Of a stretch of DNA of 64,000 nucleotides, positions 46,637 to 59,372 are shown piece by piece. The translations under genes and the position numbers were made by a program. Every line of letters starts with the position of its first letter. Position 1 is the first letter of the stretch. Under the pieces are notes generated by a model, which was not told the origin of the DNA, searched no databases, and worked only from the letters and a program-made list of their open reading frames with translations. This DNA comes from Paraspadella gotoi (Eukaryota > Animalia > Chaetognatha): contig CM119265.1 in the NCBI GenBank assembly GCA_051294375.1, forward strand, positions 6,829,489 to 6,893,488, given 5' to 3'.

Positions 46637-49600
46637 ATGAAGTCGAACTGCTTCCCTTCTCTCTTGATCTCAACTCTCATGAAAATCATCGTCTTAATCT
46701 ATTTGGCGTCGCTGCTGCAACAGAACTCTGTCGCATCGACGGAGACGGAATGGAGTCTTTCCTGCGACCAGAGCATACTCTACGGCGCAATCGACCGCAG
46801 CGTGACTCTTCCGTGTCGCTTACACGGCGCCATCCTAGACTCTGCCGACGTCACTTTTTACCGAATAAACTGGTTAAAATTGCCCGAAGAATCCACCGCG
46901 CTTGAAGTCGTCAAAGGCCAAGGATCGGGACCGGATATGAGAAGCGACAGCGCCTTTCAGGATCGGGTGTCCCTATTGGGAACGGGAGTGTCTCTCACGA
47001 TAGACAAATTGACGACTGAGCACTTCGGCACGTACAAATTAGAGGTGATGTTCGCAAAAGGCGTTATCTTCGAAAACCCCAAGGAGTACTACGTGGTTCT
47101 GGAGGAGGCTCACGGCCCAGCCGGCGTTCGCATACTCGGTAACAGACCAATTCGCTTTGACAATCTTCTTGTCCTCAAATGCAAGGCCGAGGACGTGAAC
47201 CCCAAACCTCGCATGCAATGGCTACACAACAACGCCCTCGTTAACGTCACTGTCACCTTCGAGTCCAACGTAACGACGGATGCGAACGGTCGTCGACAAA
47301 TGGACGTCGTCCACGAGTACAATTTCGTCCCTTCTCGCGAGCAAAACGGAGACCGCATCGAGTGCCGCGTCACCAATGACGTTAACGGCGTGGAGCGCAC
47401 CGATTCGGTTAAGCTCAACGTCACATTTCCACCCGCTGGACTCGAGCTGCGGCTTCGTCACAAGCACTCTATTTACATCGTCGCCGACGTGGATTCCCTC
47501 ACAGTCACCTGCGCGTTGAGGGAATCGGGCAATCCGCCGTCCGAACTAACGCTCTTGCGAGACGGCGTCGTTCTAAAGTCGGAGGTGGCACCTTCGCTGG
47601 ACTTTAAGACGCTGGTGGGTCGAGAAGACGATAACGCCGAGTTTCGCTGCGTCGCTAAAAACTCCATCGCCGAACTAAGAACGGAGGCACGAGGAATCAA
47701 AGTCGCATTTGGGCCCGTTAGTGTGGTCATCAACGCGAGCCGGACGGAAGCCAGAGCTGGGGAAACGGTTTCTCTCTATTGCGTGGTGGAAGGCAGTAAC
47801 CCAGCGCCCGAGGTTCAATGGCTTAAAGGATCCGAATTATTCCAAATAGGGTCTGTGTCCAATCAGATTCCCGAAGATAGGGAGGTGAGTCGTTATGAGT
47901 TGATTTAATCTTTAGTGAAGCGTAGCATTCGAATTCCTCACGAAAATTGATAAAAGGAAATATAACTCTTTTTAGAAAATTATTTCATTAAGTAAAATCT
48001 TAAAAAACTGTTATATAGTTAACTTATAATTTAATTATAGTATAAAAAATATTGTTTTTTTTATTTTTAGCCAACCTTATGAAAGAATTTTTGATTAAGA
48101 CTTATATTTTCTTTTATCAACTTTTTATGAGGAATTCGAATCTTCTTTCAAAACTAAAAAAAAATATTTTATGGTAAGTACTATGAATAAATAAGGGGCG
48201 TATGCGAAAATTTAGAAATTAATTTTTTTTTATATATTAATGTTCTTTAGTACAAGACTGTTCGAATTTTTATCTGCAACTTTCACTACGCCCTGATCTT
48301 TAGTATATTCATCTTTTTTTTCATATTTCCTCTTCATTTTTAACATTTATTTTTCAATTTGCAACGTTAAACCTAATTAATTTAATCAGTGCAAGTACTA
48401 ATTTTAAATATCATTTTATTATTTTTTCGTTTGACATTTGTAAAACATAAAACCGCATTCCTTTAAAATGTATATACTACGTTTAAACTTATCCGACGTC
48501 TCGGCCCCTTTTTCTCCAACCATGGCGCCCCAAGGGTCGATTTGGCTCGAAGATCCAAATTGAATTGTCTCCCCAAGACAAAGACGCTGAATATTTTTGC
48601 CAAGCCGTTCACAAAGTCAGCCAACAAACGGTCAAGTCGGGTCCAGTAACGTTTGGAGTATTATACCCGTGCGATAGTCCCTCCATTCACGTAGTGGGCG
48701 TCGACGACATTTGGTCCGTCCACGAGGGTCATATACTTCCCGAGGTTGAGTGCCGGTTGGCAAGGCCGGGAAATCCTGTTGCCGTTCTAACCCTGGTCAA
48801 GTCTAACCGAACGTTGGCCACTGCCAAGGGTACAAACTTAACTCACCGTATCAATCCTTTTACTGCCGCGGAAGATGGCGCGGAGTTACATTGCCAAGCG
48901 GAGAATCCTCTAACGGGTTCGCCACTGCTTTCTCGAAAAGTTACTGTTGACGTAGCGTTCGGGCCTACCGAGCTCGTCATACAACCCGCCTTTAATGGAC
49001 TCGTCGTTGGCGAAGTTGGGGAAGTGGTGAATATCCTTTGCCGAGCTGTCGACAGTAAACCGCCCGCCGACGTTGAATGGATCGACTGCCCATTTCATTC
49101 AACGGTCGATCCCCTACAATGCCATGTAAAGCTTACTATTTCCTTAATCCATGTTTCCCCACATTTTATTTGGTATTTTTAATCTTCACGGAAATAGCGA
49201 AAAATACAAAGCTTGCTTTGGCTTCTTTGTTGGTTGTGTTGTTAGTTTTTATCTCGCTTATATCTGGTAAATGGCATCACTCTTAGTGACTGATTAAAAG
49301 CCAATGTGGTAGTAGTTTTTGCTTTCAAGGAAGCATGGTAGTTGGATGCACTTGAAAAAGAAGCATATTTGTTGAGAGATTAATATTACTATAAATTTAT
49401 ATCATTTTTAGCTCATAGCTCCAGCTCATACAAGCTTCCAGGTCATGGTTTTGTGAGGCACTAACATAATCCAAAGTGAGAGAAATCTATATAAATCCCA
49501 CTGGTGTGATAATTTGCACTTTGTGGATTTTAAATGAATGATCCCTTTTCAGTGACGTTACGGTTATATTCCCACTAATCAGCAAACTTAGCCCATTTAC

Positions 49601-50745
49601 AAAATAATGAATAGGAGAAATTATAATCCCTTCTTGTTTTTCTGTCCCCTCCATTCCATATGGAAAATGCTTGCAGCCACAAACCGGCGTGACTACAGTC
49701 AGTTTGCAGCTAAAAGTCTCCGAATTCGACAACAATAAGTCGTTTTCTTGTCGCGCGGAGAATCGGCGTACAAGAATCGTCCGTCAAAGTCCAGTTACAC
49801 TAAAGGTTCTTTATCCGCCCAAATGGATTAAAGGCGAGTATAAAAATATCTAGTAAGTTGTTACACTTAATCTTTAAAATATTATTAAGACGTAAAACAA
49901 CGTTTTGCAGATGGTCGGAGGACCCACTCAGCTAAAGTTGGCAGTATGAAACAACTGGTTTGTCCAATCGCTGCTAATCCTCCTGTGAACAAATGGAAAT
50001 GGTTTTTCGAAGATAAGGAACTGCCAAATTACGAATATGGTTCTACCAAAAAGTCGCCATTTAACACTTCTTTATCGTACGAACAAAGTTCAATCACCAT
50101 TAAGGAGGTAATATTTCAAATAATAATTTCACTTATGACATTTGTTAAATTTGTTTTTATTTTCAGATAACTATGAAAGACTTCGGTAATTACACATGTT
50201 CGGCCAGTAATGACAAGGGAAAAACTTGGAGAAGCTTTACGATCGTGTTGACGGTGGCGCAACCTCCAGACGACCCCATCAACTGTACGTTGGAAGATTT
50301 AAGCCCGAAGAGGGTAAACTTCGCGTGCTTGGCGTCCTTTGATGGCGGAGCTCCGCAGAACAAATACAAACTGCATATCAAAAGCGTCAATGACGAGGAA
50401 AAGGACGACATTGAAAACCTAGACCTTGACAAGGCCCCTCGCAAAAACGAACCTTTCGTAGTTTCGTACCGGGCGGCACGACCCTTGAGACGTGGCTCCT
50501 CCTACAAAGTATGCATCAATCTTTGTAACAAGTTCGGTTGCAGCAGCTGTGTAGAACGCTGGTTCCTTTTCGACGTTCCTACGACACCAGCACCGACTTT
50601 AGCGCCGGAAATTAAGCTCGGCTGCACAATTGGGTGCTCTAACAGCTCTTCTCTTTTTCCTAGCAAGGTCTTAATTTGTTATGCTTTTCTTATTTTTGTG
50701 TATCTGGATCTTATACGTTTAAAGAAGCCAACCCATCGATTTTAG
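46637..50745 (+). CDS. Multi-immunoglobulin plus FN3 cell-surface protein (nephrin/sidestep-like architecture); exons 46637-47884, 48535-49125, 49677-49833, 49911-50107, 50167-50745
   Basis: Signal peptide, repeated Ig Cys/Trp patterns (C...GSNPAPEVQW, D..AEF.C.A.N, DFGNYTCSASN), FN3-like segment (FDGGAPQ), hydrophobic C-terminal end. Confidence 0.75.
47916..48295. mobile_element. Shorter copy of the same hAT-type foldback MITE in Ig-gene intron 1
   Basis: Right end AACTTTCACTACGCCCTG; shared interior (TTGATAAAAG.AAATATAA, TATATTTTCTTTTATCAACTTTT); TSD ATCTTTAG (47908-47915, 48296-48303). Confidence 0.75.
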
Positions 50746-53589
50746 GAAAAAAGTCAAATGATTTTGATTTGCACGAATAGTTGGAGATCAAGTTTGATGA
50801 TTTTATCATTCTCGTTCATGGTGCCAATATGCGCTCCGTGTTTCAAAGTCGTATCCCTTCCCACTCTTTCTTACTGTCGCTAGATAGACGCCTGCTATGC
50901 GTCACTAAACCACTCGCAGTCGTGCCTCCTCCGCTTTTCTTTTCTCTCTCTCTCTCTTTCTCTGACGTTCTCACAATGTGCTCCGCTAAAATTCCAAAAG
51001 CACGCTCTTTATTGCTCACAATTTGGTCTGGACGATCAAATCAGAACTTGTAGTCATAATGACATCTTTCTCATTATTATGATTTTACAAATTAAATCAT
51101 CGGGCATTTATTCTGGGACTTGCCATTCAGTTGATTTGAAGGGGTCTCAGGATAATAGCTACAAAAGGTGATAAATTGTTCCTACAAATATTGTAGCAAC
51201 AGTTAATTTTTTTCTTAATCATGTGATGCGTCCTACTTCTATGATCCTCGTCATGTCATTCATGGTTATTCGCTTTTGTTATGCATGTGACAGGGAAATC
51301 TTTACTTTAGATATAGGAGCTATTCTCGAATCTGTAAAAGGTCGTTCGTAAATTTAACATATGATAAAAACGTTTCATATCTAGCTCGTTACTTTTAGTA
51401 ATTTGTTTTGAAAATTTTTTTCTTGAAAATGTTTTTTGAATGTTTTTACTTGTCTGATAATATTTTCGTAGAAAGAATTTTCTACAGGAACACTTCTTTT
51501 TAAAAAAAGAAAAACTTGCTTATGTATTGTTCGAACATGTTTCATACCATTTTAACTGAGATAGGTAAATTTCTAACTCTGTTACGAGAAATAAATAAAA
51601 GTATTTACATATCCGTCAGTCATTTAGCTCAGTAAGATATTCTATAATGGTGTACGAATCTAATAAATTTACAGATTAGCACGAGAAGTTGGATATCTTT
51701 CGTTTAGAATTTTAAACTGTTCAATTATGTTGGCACCCCTTTCGTCTCAATCTATCTTAGCCTCCGGTAAATAAATTTTGGATTTGTAAATTTTGGTCAA
51801 TTAATTTGTTATTAATGAGCAAATTTTAGGTATGACTTTTGCGTCTTTGTTTTTGTACAAATGTATGAATCATGATTGCACGAAACTCATAAAAAATTAT
51901 GTGCCTTTCCTTTTGTTTTTGTTTTCCTATGTCTTGGAAGAGTGAGTAAAGGAGTACAAATAATGCTTAATATAATGTCATTAACTGGTACATATCATAT
52001 TTATGCATTAAGTATGTTGTCGAAAATGAAAGTACACGCTACACAACCACTTTTCTTTCCCAATAGTTACGGAGTAAAATTTAGCATCTATAAAAAATAA
52101 GTTATTCAGCATATTTGAAACTAAAAAATAGATTCAAGAATCCAGGTGAAATCATCCTATTGTTTTTTGTAACTTCGTGCTACCACGGATACAGTATAAA
52201 AAATAAAAGATGCACCACGAGTCTTTATAGACTTAAGTGAGATTTTTAAAGACTAATAACAACTGGCATCGAGATTATACAGAGTTACTTACTATATGGA
52301 GAAATAATTTCGCTTGTCCAGCCAATTATCCAAATGTATCCCTCTTTCTGTAGCTTCTCTTTAAGCATGTTGCTGTTTAATTCATTGGAAGTATTCTAGA
52401 ATTAAAGTTGGCGTTTTGTGGAAAGAAATATGTAGAATACCGAGATACAATATCCTAATTTCACCGAACATGCCAGAATAATTTTTCAAAATATTGAGGA
52501 CTATCATTATTTTTGAACCGCCGAACTTCCTCCCGTTCACTCGCCTCATCGGTCCATTTTTATAATGTTTTTACCATTGTTTACTTTTTAAGCGAAGTTT
52601 TTAATAATTTATGGAATGAGGAAATTCTAATCGGAGATCAATACCCCAGGGTTATCTCTTAATCATTAAGACAAATTACTAGTTTAGTTTTACAAATTCA
52701 TTTCATTTTTGTAGTTTTTTTTTTTCATTTCCAAAAATTACCAATTAATAATAATAATACGTTTTTACCAAACATGACCGTAATTACTTAAATTGTGTCA
52801 CTAAGCAGCTGGCACAAGCTATTTAGAAATAAATCAAAAAATGTATCGTTGAAATGGTAACGGGAGTTCTTCGGTTATATTCTCTGAACTCATTTATGAA
52901 ACACAAAAATACTTGATCGCCAACTTTAAATGTTCAATTTTAGCATTTTGGTGCTCTATTTTTTTCTCGATAATTCAGAAAGTTAATATTAATAAACAGG
53001 ACACTAATGAAATTGTGCATTGTTAGCAATAGAATACGCTCTTGCCAACTTACTATTATTCAGAATTAAGTTCTATGTAACATTGTGTAATAAGCATCAT
53101 GAATATCATATTTGCCATTATCATCCTCATAATCGAATCCCCGACCTCATCGACACCAATCACGTCTTTTGGAGGATTAGAGATTTAGGTTTTAACTCTG
53201 GGTTTGATTAGTTAATGATCGAAGAACTTGATTTTACAAGTCCCGCTTTTACCAGACCTAATAAAACGCTCGTTAACACTAAATGTGTAACAAAATTAAC
53301 CAAACAAATTTGTTTTGAATCTCTCAGAATTCGACTAGCCATAATTAAAGCATAAGTTTATGATTTTTTTCATTGAATTTAATGTTTACGGAAAATATTT
53401 CCAATAGGATTAACGATTTTTCAAAAGGTTCAGTGATTTCCTTATTCCTCTTTATTGCAGATTATACCAAAAAAAGTCAATGTCAAAAATATAATGAAAA
53501 CAATATAAATTCAGGTAACTTTGTTACGAAAATCATCAACGCCGCGTAACTTGCGAAGCCTGCTAATCGTTTCAGATTGTTGCGACGAA

Positions 53590-54696
53590 ATGGATCCACC
53601 CATGTACCGTCCTGGTCGGCGAGCCGGCTCTAATCCTCCTCCACTATTTGAGGATACGAGTTCCCCTATGCCGGCTTATGGGGCGTCATATGATCCCAAC
53701 TCCTGGTCGTCTTCTTCAGCCGGGGCCGGCGGTGGCGGCGGTGTTGTCCCACCATTTGGAGTAAACGACGCTTCCGCTAACTTTTTGGATCCTGCGAATT
53801 TGGCCGCGGTCGCGGGGTTCTCTGCGCCGATGGCAGACGCCGCGGCCCAGTACGGGCAACAGTTGGCTGATCAGGGACGTGTTCATGTTGAAAAAAAACT
53901 CGAGTCTTGGTTCGCTCTATCCAAGCTCAAATACTACTTCGCCGTGGACAACGCGTACGTCGGAAAGAAACTCGGACTGCTGCTTTTTCCCTACGCTCAA
54001 AGCGATTGGTCCGTCCCTTACGACCAAGCAGAACCCGTGGCTCCTAGTCTCGCCCTTAATGCGCCCGACCTGTACGTTCCGCTGATGGGCTTCGTCACCT
54101 ACATACTTGTTGCGGGACTCATGCTCGGAACAAACAACCGATTCACACCCGAGGCCTTGGGAATGCTGTCTTCTTCGGCTATGGCATGGCTGGTGCTAGA
54201 AGTCGGGGCCGTTCTACTTTCCCTTTACGTCTTAGCTGTCAACACAGGTTAAATACTAATGTAATAAACTTGAACTAATTTTTGGTTTTTTTTCGCATGC
54301 CCAAGTATCTTTTCTGAATACTAAATATATTTTCACCGTGTCTACGCAGAATTGAAATTTTTCGACCTTCTGGCGTTCAGTGGCTACAAGTATGTCGGGA
54401 TGGTCGGCACGCTGCTTACTCACATTTTCGTGGGTGAGAGAGCTGGATACATGTTTCTGCTCTGGGTTAGTGGCTCCATATCATACTTCCTCGTTCAAAC
54501 TCTCCGGATTATGATCCTGCCGGAAGTGAATTCGAGTAACTTCGTTGGGGGTCACAAGCGGAGAATCTATCTTCTACTCTTCATCGCCGTCGTTCAGCCC
54601 TTTTTGATGTACTGGCTGACCTCTACGGCAATCAAGGCCTCCGTCACACCTCACTTTTTCGGATACTACTCGTACTACAGTGGAAAATACTATTAA
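53590..54696 (+). CDS. YIF1B: YIF1 family ER-Golgi membrane protein; exons 53590-54247, 54350-54696
   Basis: LFEDT, LKYYFAVDNAYVGKKLGLLLFPY, NAPDLYVPLMGFVTYIL, DLLAFSGYKYVG. Confidence 0.92.
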
Positions 54697-54993
54697 TGTA
54701 AAGTGTAGACTTTCGTATTCACTATTCAGTTACTTGGGTTTAACTTACTGTATTTCACTATGTAATTTTGGAGACGGCAAAATTTAACAAAGTGAATTAT
54801 TCATGTATAAGCCTAATAACCTAGTCGCTTTATAAGTTTGCTCCTTACATCTTAAGAGATGCCGTTTACAAAAGACCGAGGATACCGAATTTATATTCAG
54901 TTGTTTTTTTTAAATATTTTCAGGTGACCCTTTTGAATTGAATTATGTATTGAGTTTCTAGACTTAACCTGTCCATTTGAACTTTGAAGAACA

Positions 54994-55911
54994 ATGGGGA
55001 GGAAAACTAAAGGATCTGGTACTTTTGTTAAATATCTCCTTATTATCTTCAACACGCTGTTCGTCCTAGCGGGACTGGCTCTATTGGTAATCAGCGTTTG
55101 GGCGTTGGCTGACGAGCAATCGCTTTCCATTGTCATTAAGACTCGCGTCTTCCTAACATTTGCCTTGGCGCTTCTAGCCATTTCCGTCACCATCATTTGC
55201 ACGGCGGCGCTCGGCTGTTTCGGCGCTGTCAAAGAGCTCAAGTGGGTCATGGTCCTTTTCAGCGGAATCCTTTTATTTTTCCTCGTCGTGACTCTCAGCG
55301 GTGTCATTGCGCTTTACATGCTGCGCCACCCAGCGGGACGCGCCATTCGTGCCTCTTTGACCTTCTCTCTTAAAGAGGGTTATCTCTCAGACCCGAAAGA
55401 TCATCAATCACGCGCTATCAAAGATTCGTGGGACTGGCTGCAACAAAACTTTCGCTGCTGCGGCGTTCGTGGCAACGTCAGCGCCGCTTACTATGCCTGG
55501 CAATACAGCCAATGGTTTCGCGACCCCCATCGAGACGACGCTCTCGTCCCAGAGAGCTGTTGCGTGCCTCGAGGACCCGGGATTGTTATCGTAGAAGGGG
55601 ATTCGACCACCTTTATTAATCGCGATAAATGCCTTGCCGTCAACAATTACACGGATTTCCGAGGACCACCGAGAACCCAGACGAAAAGTGGAGTGTGGAG
55701 GAACGATGCCATCTTCGACGAGGGATGCTACGATTCTTTCAGGAAATTTATCGGACAAGAGATGAATCTCGTGATCATCGTTTGTATTGTTGTCGCCATG
55801 ATTCTTCTGGAGGTCATAGGACTCGGACTTGCCTGCCATTTGTGTAGGCGCATCAAGTCTTACTCTCAATTGGAGCTGGAAAGCTTCACCAAAGGAAAAA
55901 GGAACTATTGA
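54994..55911 (+). CDS. Tetraspanin; single exon
   Basis: Four hydrophobic helices, LGCFGA, CCG motif, PESCC, GC before TM4. Confidence 0.9.
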   Translation: MGRKTKGSGTFVKYLLIIFNTLFVLAGLALLVISVWALADEQSLSIVIKTRVFLTFALALLAISVTIICTAALGCFGAVKELKWVMVLFSGILLFFLVVTLSGVIALYMLRHPAGRAIRASLTFSLKEGYLSDPKDHQSRAIKDSWDWLQQNFRCCGVRGNVSAAYYAWQYSQWFRDPHRDDALVPESCCVPRGPGIVIVEGDSTTFINRDKCLAVNNYTDFRGPPRTQTKSGVWRNDAIFDEGCYDSFRKFIGQEMNLVIIVCIVVAMILLEVIGLGLACHLCRRIKSYSQLELESFTKGKRNY

Positions 55912-56736
55912 TACCGTCAAGTCCAACGGAAGACCTTTTTCAAGAAGCATCTTTTTCGCTTCATTGCAAAATTGGGCACACATGAGTTGGTATATATGGT
56001 GATTAACTTTTGCGAATAAATTTTAAAATTCGTCACTCACTCTAAACTAGTTTATTATTATTAAGACCTTTATTATGACCTAATATTTATGTAATAAATG
56101 GCTCTAATTAATTTTAAAATGTGGAGATCAATATATACATTATACTAATGTATACTTATGTATTCATTAGTAAAATTCCTGTCATTGATTTATCTAATTT
56201 AGTTTTAACTTATTTTGTTTGTCACCATATATACCTACTATATTTAGCATTAAGACTGCAGCATTCAGCCAATTTACCTGGTCTAATTCTCGATTGAGTT
56301 ATACATATTTACGTTCTACTCAAATATACACTGCTCGACTATAATTCTTAGCCCGCCTTCTTGGACGGGTTTGACCTTTACGGAAGTTAGCAATATTTTA
56401 AAAATTTTTAAATGTGTCTCTTTCCTTTCGAATTTTTTAGCATGCCTTACATTTGGATTTTGACATACATTTTTTTTTTTGGAAAATTTATTTTTACAAG
56501 GGAATCGCTATTAGTTACATTTCTATTTCTGTTTCTCAATTATAATTTCTATTTTTCTCGTTCTTTTTTCTTTTTCTTAGACTAAAAAATTTCAACAGTT
56601 CCAAACAAAAATGAAAAGTTCATTTATTCGTGAGTTTTTAACGAAAACTATGCTTTCTAAATGGTCATTAACAAATCGCTTTAAAAAAAAACCGATTAAC
56701 TGTTTTCTATGATATAACGAGAAAATTTTTTTGAAA

Positions 56737-57774
56737 ATGGCCCAACCTCCTTGGATCACATGGCTTGTTCTTTCTCCCGGTCCCGCTGTATGCGGTCACG
56801 TAGCCGTCGCTTGCGGTGATCGTTTGTTTGTACACGGTGGAAAGTCGTCTTCGGATCCTTCGATAAAAGATGTTCGCAACGATTTGTGGATTTTCAATCT
56901 AAAAGTCAATGCTTGGGAAACCTTCACGAGCCCACAATCTCCATACTTGTCCCAACACTGCGCCGGCCTAAGTTTCGACGGTTCTCGGATCTTCTTTATC
57001 GGAGGATGGACGGGTCACCACCGAGCCTTTGATGTTTATAGTCTTAATCTGTCCACGCTCGTTTGGTGTTCCCACAGCACAACCGGCTTTCCGACCGGAG
57101 GAGGCCTCTCCAGCTTCACTGCGACGCAACTGATATCGAAGACGCCCGGCGAAGATCTCTTCCTCATCTGCGGACGGGAGGGTAGTTTGCGAATGCAGCG
57201 GAGGCATGGGAACGCGTATCGTCTTCTTTGCCGTCCGAGCGGAGAATGTCGCTACGAGCCCCATCCTCACGCTATGGCCTCGCGTTCCGGGCACACGGCA
57301 TGCGGAATGTCAAAGACCAAGGAAATCGTTATCATCGGTGGTCGAGACGACAAGCTAGTGGAGAGGGTTTCGGGCCTGAAATCGAGACCGAAGCAAGGCG
57401 ATTCCGTCTTTCCTAATTCGTTCATCGAAAGGCTGTCGACTGTTCGTCCCATGATCAAGAGTCCAAAGGCCCGCCAACGTCACGTCGCCGTCGTCATCGG
57501 CGACGCGATTCTCATCCACGGAGGAGAAACTTTCGACGGACGATTCATCAAGGCTTCTAAAGACGTTTTCGCATTCGTCCCCGGATCGAGAACGTCGGAG
57601 GGTAAAGGCGACGAGGCTCAGGCTTCTAAGTGGTTTGCGATAGAGAGCTACGACGCGCCCAACCTGGCAAGTCACGCCGCGGACGTCGTCGAGGGCTCCA
57701 TCGTCGTTTGCGGTGGATTCACTTCCGGACCGGCTCTCGGAAGTTGTTATCAAATCAAGTTTTTAGAGAAATGA
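56737..57774 (+). CDS. Kelch domain-containing protein (KLHDC9-like); single exon
   Basis: Kelch GG repeats (LFVHGG, FIGGWTG..R, GREGSLRMQRRHG, ASRSGHT, LIHGGETF). Subfamily call is from memory of motifs. Confidence 0.75.
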   Translation: MAQPPWITWLVLSPGPAVCGHVAVACGDRLFVHGGKSSSDPSIKDVRNDLWIFNLKVNAWETFTSPQSPYLSQHCAGLSFDGSRIFFIGGWTGHHRAFDVYSLNLSTLVWCSHSTTGFPTGGGLSSFTATQLISKTPGEDLFLICGREGSLRMQRRHGNAYRLLCRPSGECRYEPHPHAMASRSGHTACGMSKTKEIVIIGGRDDKLVERVSGLKSRPKQGDSVFPNSFIERLSTVRPMIKSPKARQRHVAVVIGDAILIHGGETFDGRFIKASKDVFAFVPGSRTSEGKGDEAQASKWFAIESYDAPNLASHAADVVEGSIVVCGGFTSGPALGSCYQIKFLEK

Positions 57775-57833
57775 TTTTTTTTTAATAACTATCATTATGA
57801 TTATGAAATGAACGTTTGACTTTCAGTAAAACT

Positions 57834-59210
57834 ATGACTTGTATTAAAATTACGTAAAATTGTTAATTATTTAATTATTATCTTAGTGAAGACCGTCTTA
57901 GATTCCGCCAGCGATCTCTTCGGAAAGGGATTGTTGGAGTCGGGTCTAACTTTGGATGGACACCATGCTCCACTCACCGGACTATCAATATCATCCTTGT
58001 TCGAAGAATTTGCAATTAAGAAGGAACCAGTCAAGATTTCCGCTCCTATGGTTAGATATTCGAAACTTGCTTTCCGGAAACTTGTTCGGAAGTACGGGGT
58101 TGATTTGTGTTTCACGCCGATGATCGTTGCTGACGCATTTGTGAAAAGCGTAAGAGGTTGGACATTTGTGATAATTCACATTCTTTTAGGTTTTCATTTA
58201 GAAATAAATTGCTTTGGTATTAAAAAATAAGTTTTGATTTTAATCTCAGATTTTTATCTCGCCAGACGGGCTTTAAGATTTTTTTGTTTCATTCTTGAAA
58301 TATAAATGACAACGGCTTATCGTTAACTTATCATTAACTTACAAGCGACCATAACTTTAGTAAAGTTTTATTATTACCAATCATAGAACATTAATAATTA
58401 CTTTTGGTGAAGTTTTTTAAATTAGTATTAAATAATTTTGAAAATCATAATGTCCAAGCTCGCGACAGTGACTTTAGCACCGACCCTGCCGAAGATCGAC
58501 CTTTGATAGTTCAGTTTGCGGCCAGGGACGATGCTGAATTTGCGGACGCAGCTGCCATTGTTCGTCCCTTTTCGGACGGGGTCGACCTTAATTGTGGCTG
58601 CCCTCAGCGATGGGCTATTCAGGACGGATTGGGCTGTTGTCTGCTCAAAAAGCCACAACTCGTGCACGAAATGGTCCGCGCTGTTCGTCGTCGAGTTTCC
58701 GATCTCGATTTTAACGTCTCCATCAAAATAAGGATTTCAGATAATCTCGCCGAGACTGTGGAACTCTGCCGACGGGCGGAGGCTGCCGGAGTCGGCCTTA
58801 TCACGGTTCACGGTCGGACGCCGGCCGAAAGACATCAACCTGTTCATTTGGACAAGATCAAAGATATCGCGCGAAGCGTCGGAGTTCCTTGCGTGGCAAA
58901 CGGAGATATCCGGACATCGTCGGATGTGGTCAGCACATTTACCCGGACCGGCTGCCAAGGAGTCATGGCCGCCACGGGGTTGTTGAAAAATCCCGCCATG
59001 TTCGCCGGTTACGATATGACGCCTAAAGAGTGCATCGCGGATTGGATTAACGTCGCTCTTGACGTCGGAACACCTTTCAGCTGTTTCCATCATCATCTCG
59101 TTGACATGACGGAAAAGATTATGAGTAAAAGTGACAGAATCTTGTTTAATTCCTTGACGTCAACTTCTGCTGTTATTGAGTTTTTTCGCGAAAAATACTA
59201 CTTTGAGTGA
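57834..59210 (+). CDS. DUS4L: tRNA-dihydrouridine synthase 4-like; proposed exons 57834-57840, 57887-58156, 58459-59210
   Basis: KISAPMVRYSKLAFR.LVRKY, FTPMI, DRPLIVQFAA, GVDLNCGCPQ, ITVHGRT, VANGD. The first micro-exon is inferred. Confidence 0.88.
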
Positions 59211-59372
59211 AATTGGATTCATCATTTTAAAATTTTATTTTTCTTACGCCCATATTAGATTTTAATGCGGACTATTTTGCTCGAAACTTTTCTCCTCGCT
59301 TAATCTTTGCTTAATGGAAGTGAATCCCTCTTCATTTGTTCTGAGAGATCGCGTGGGAAAACACGTCCGAAG

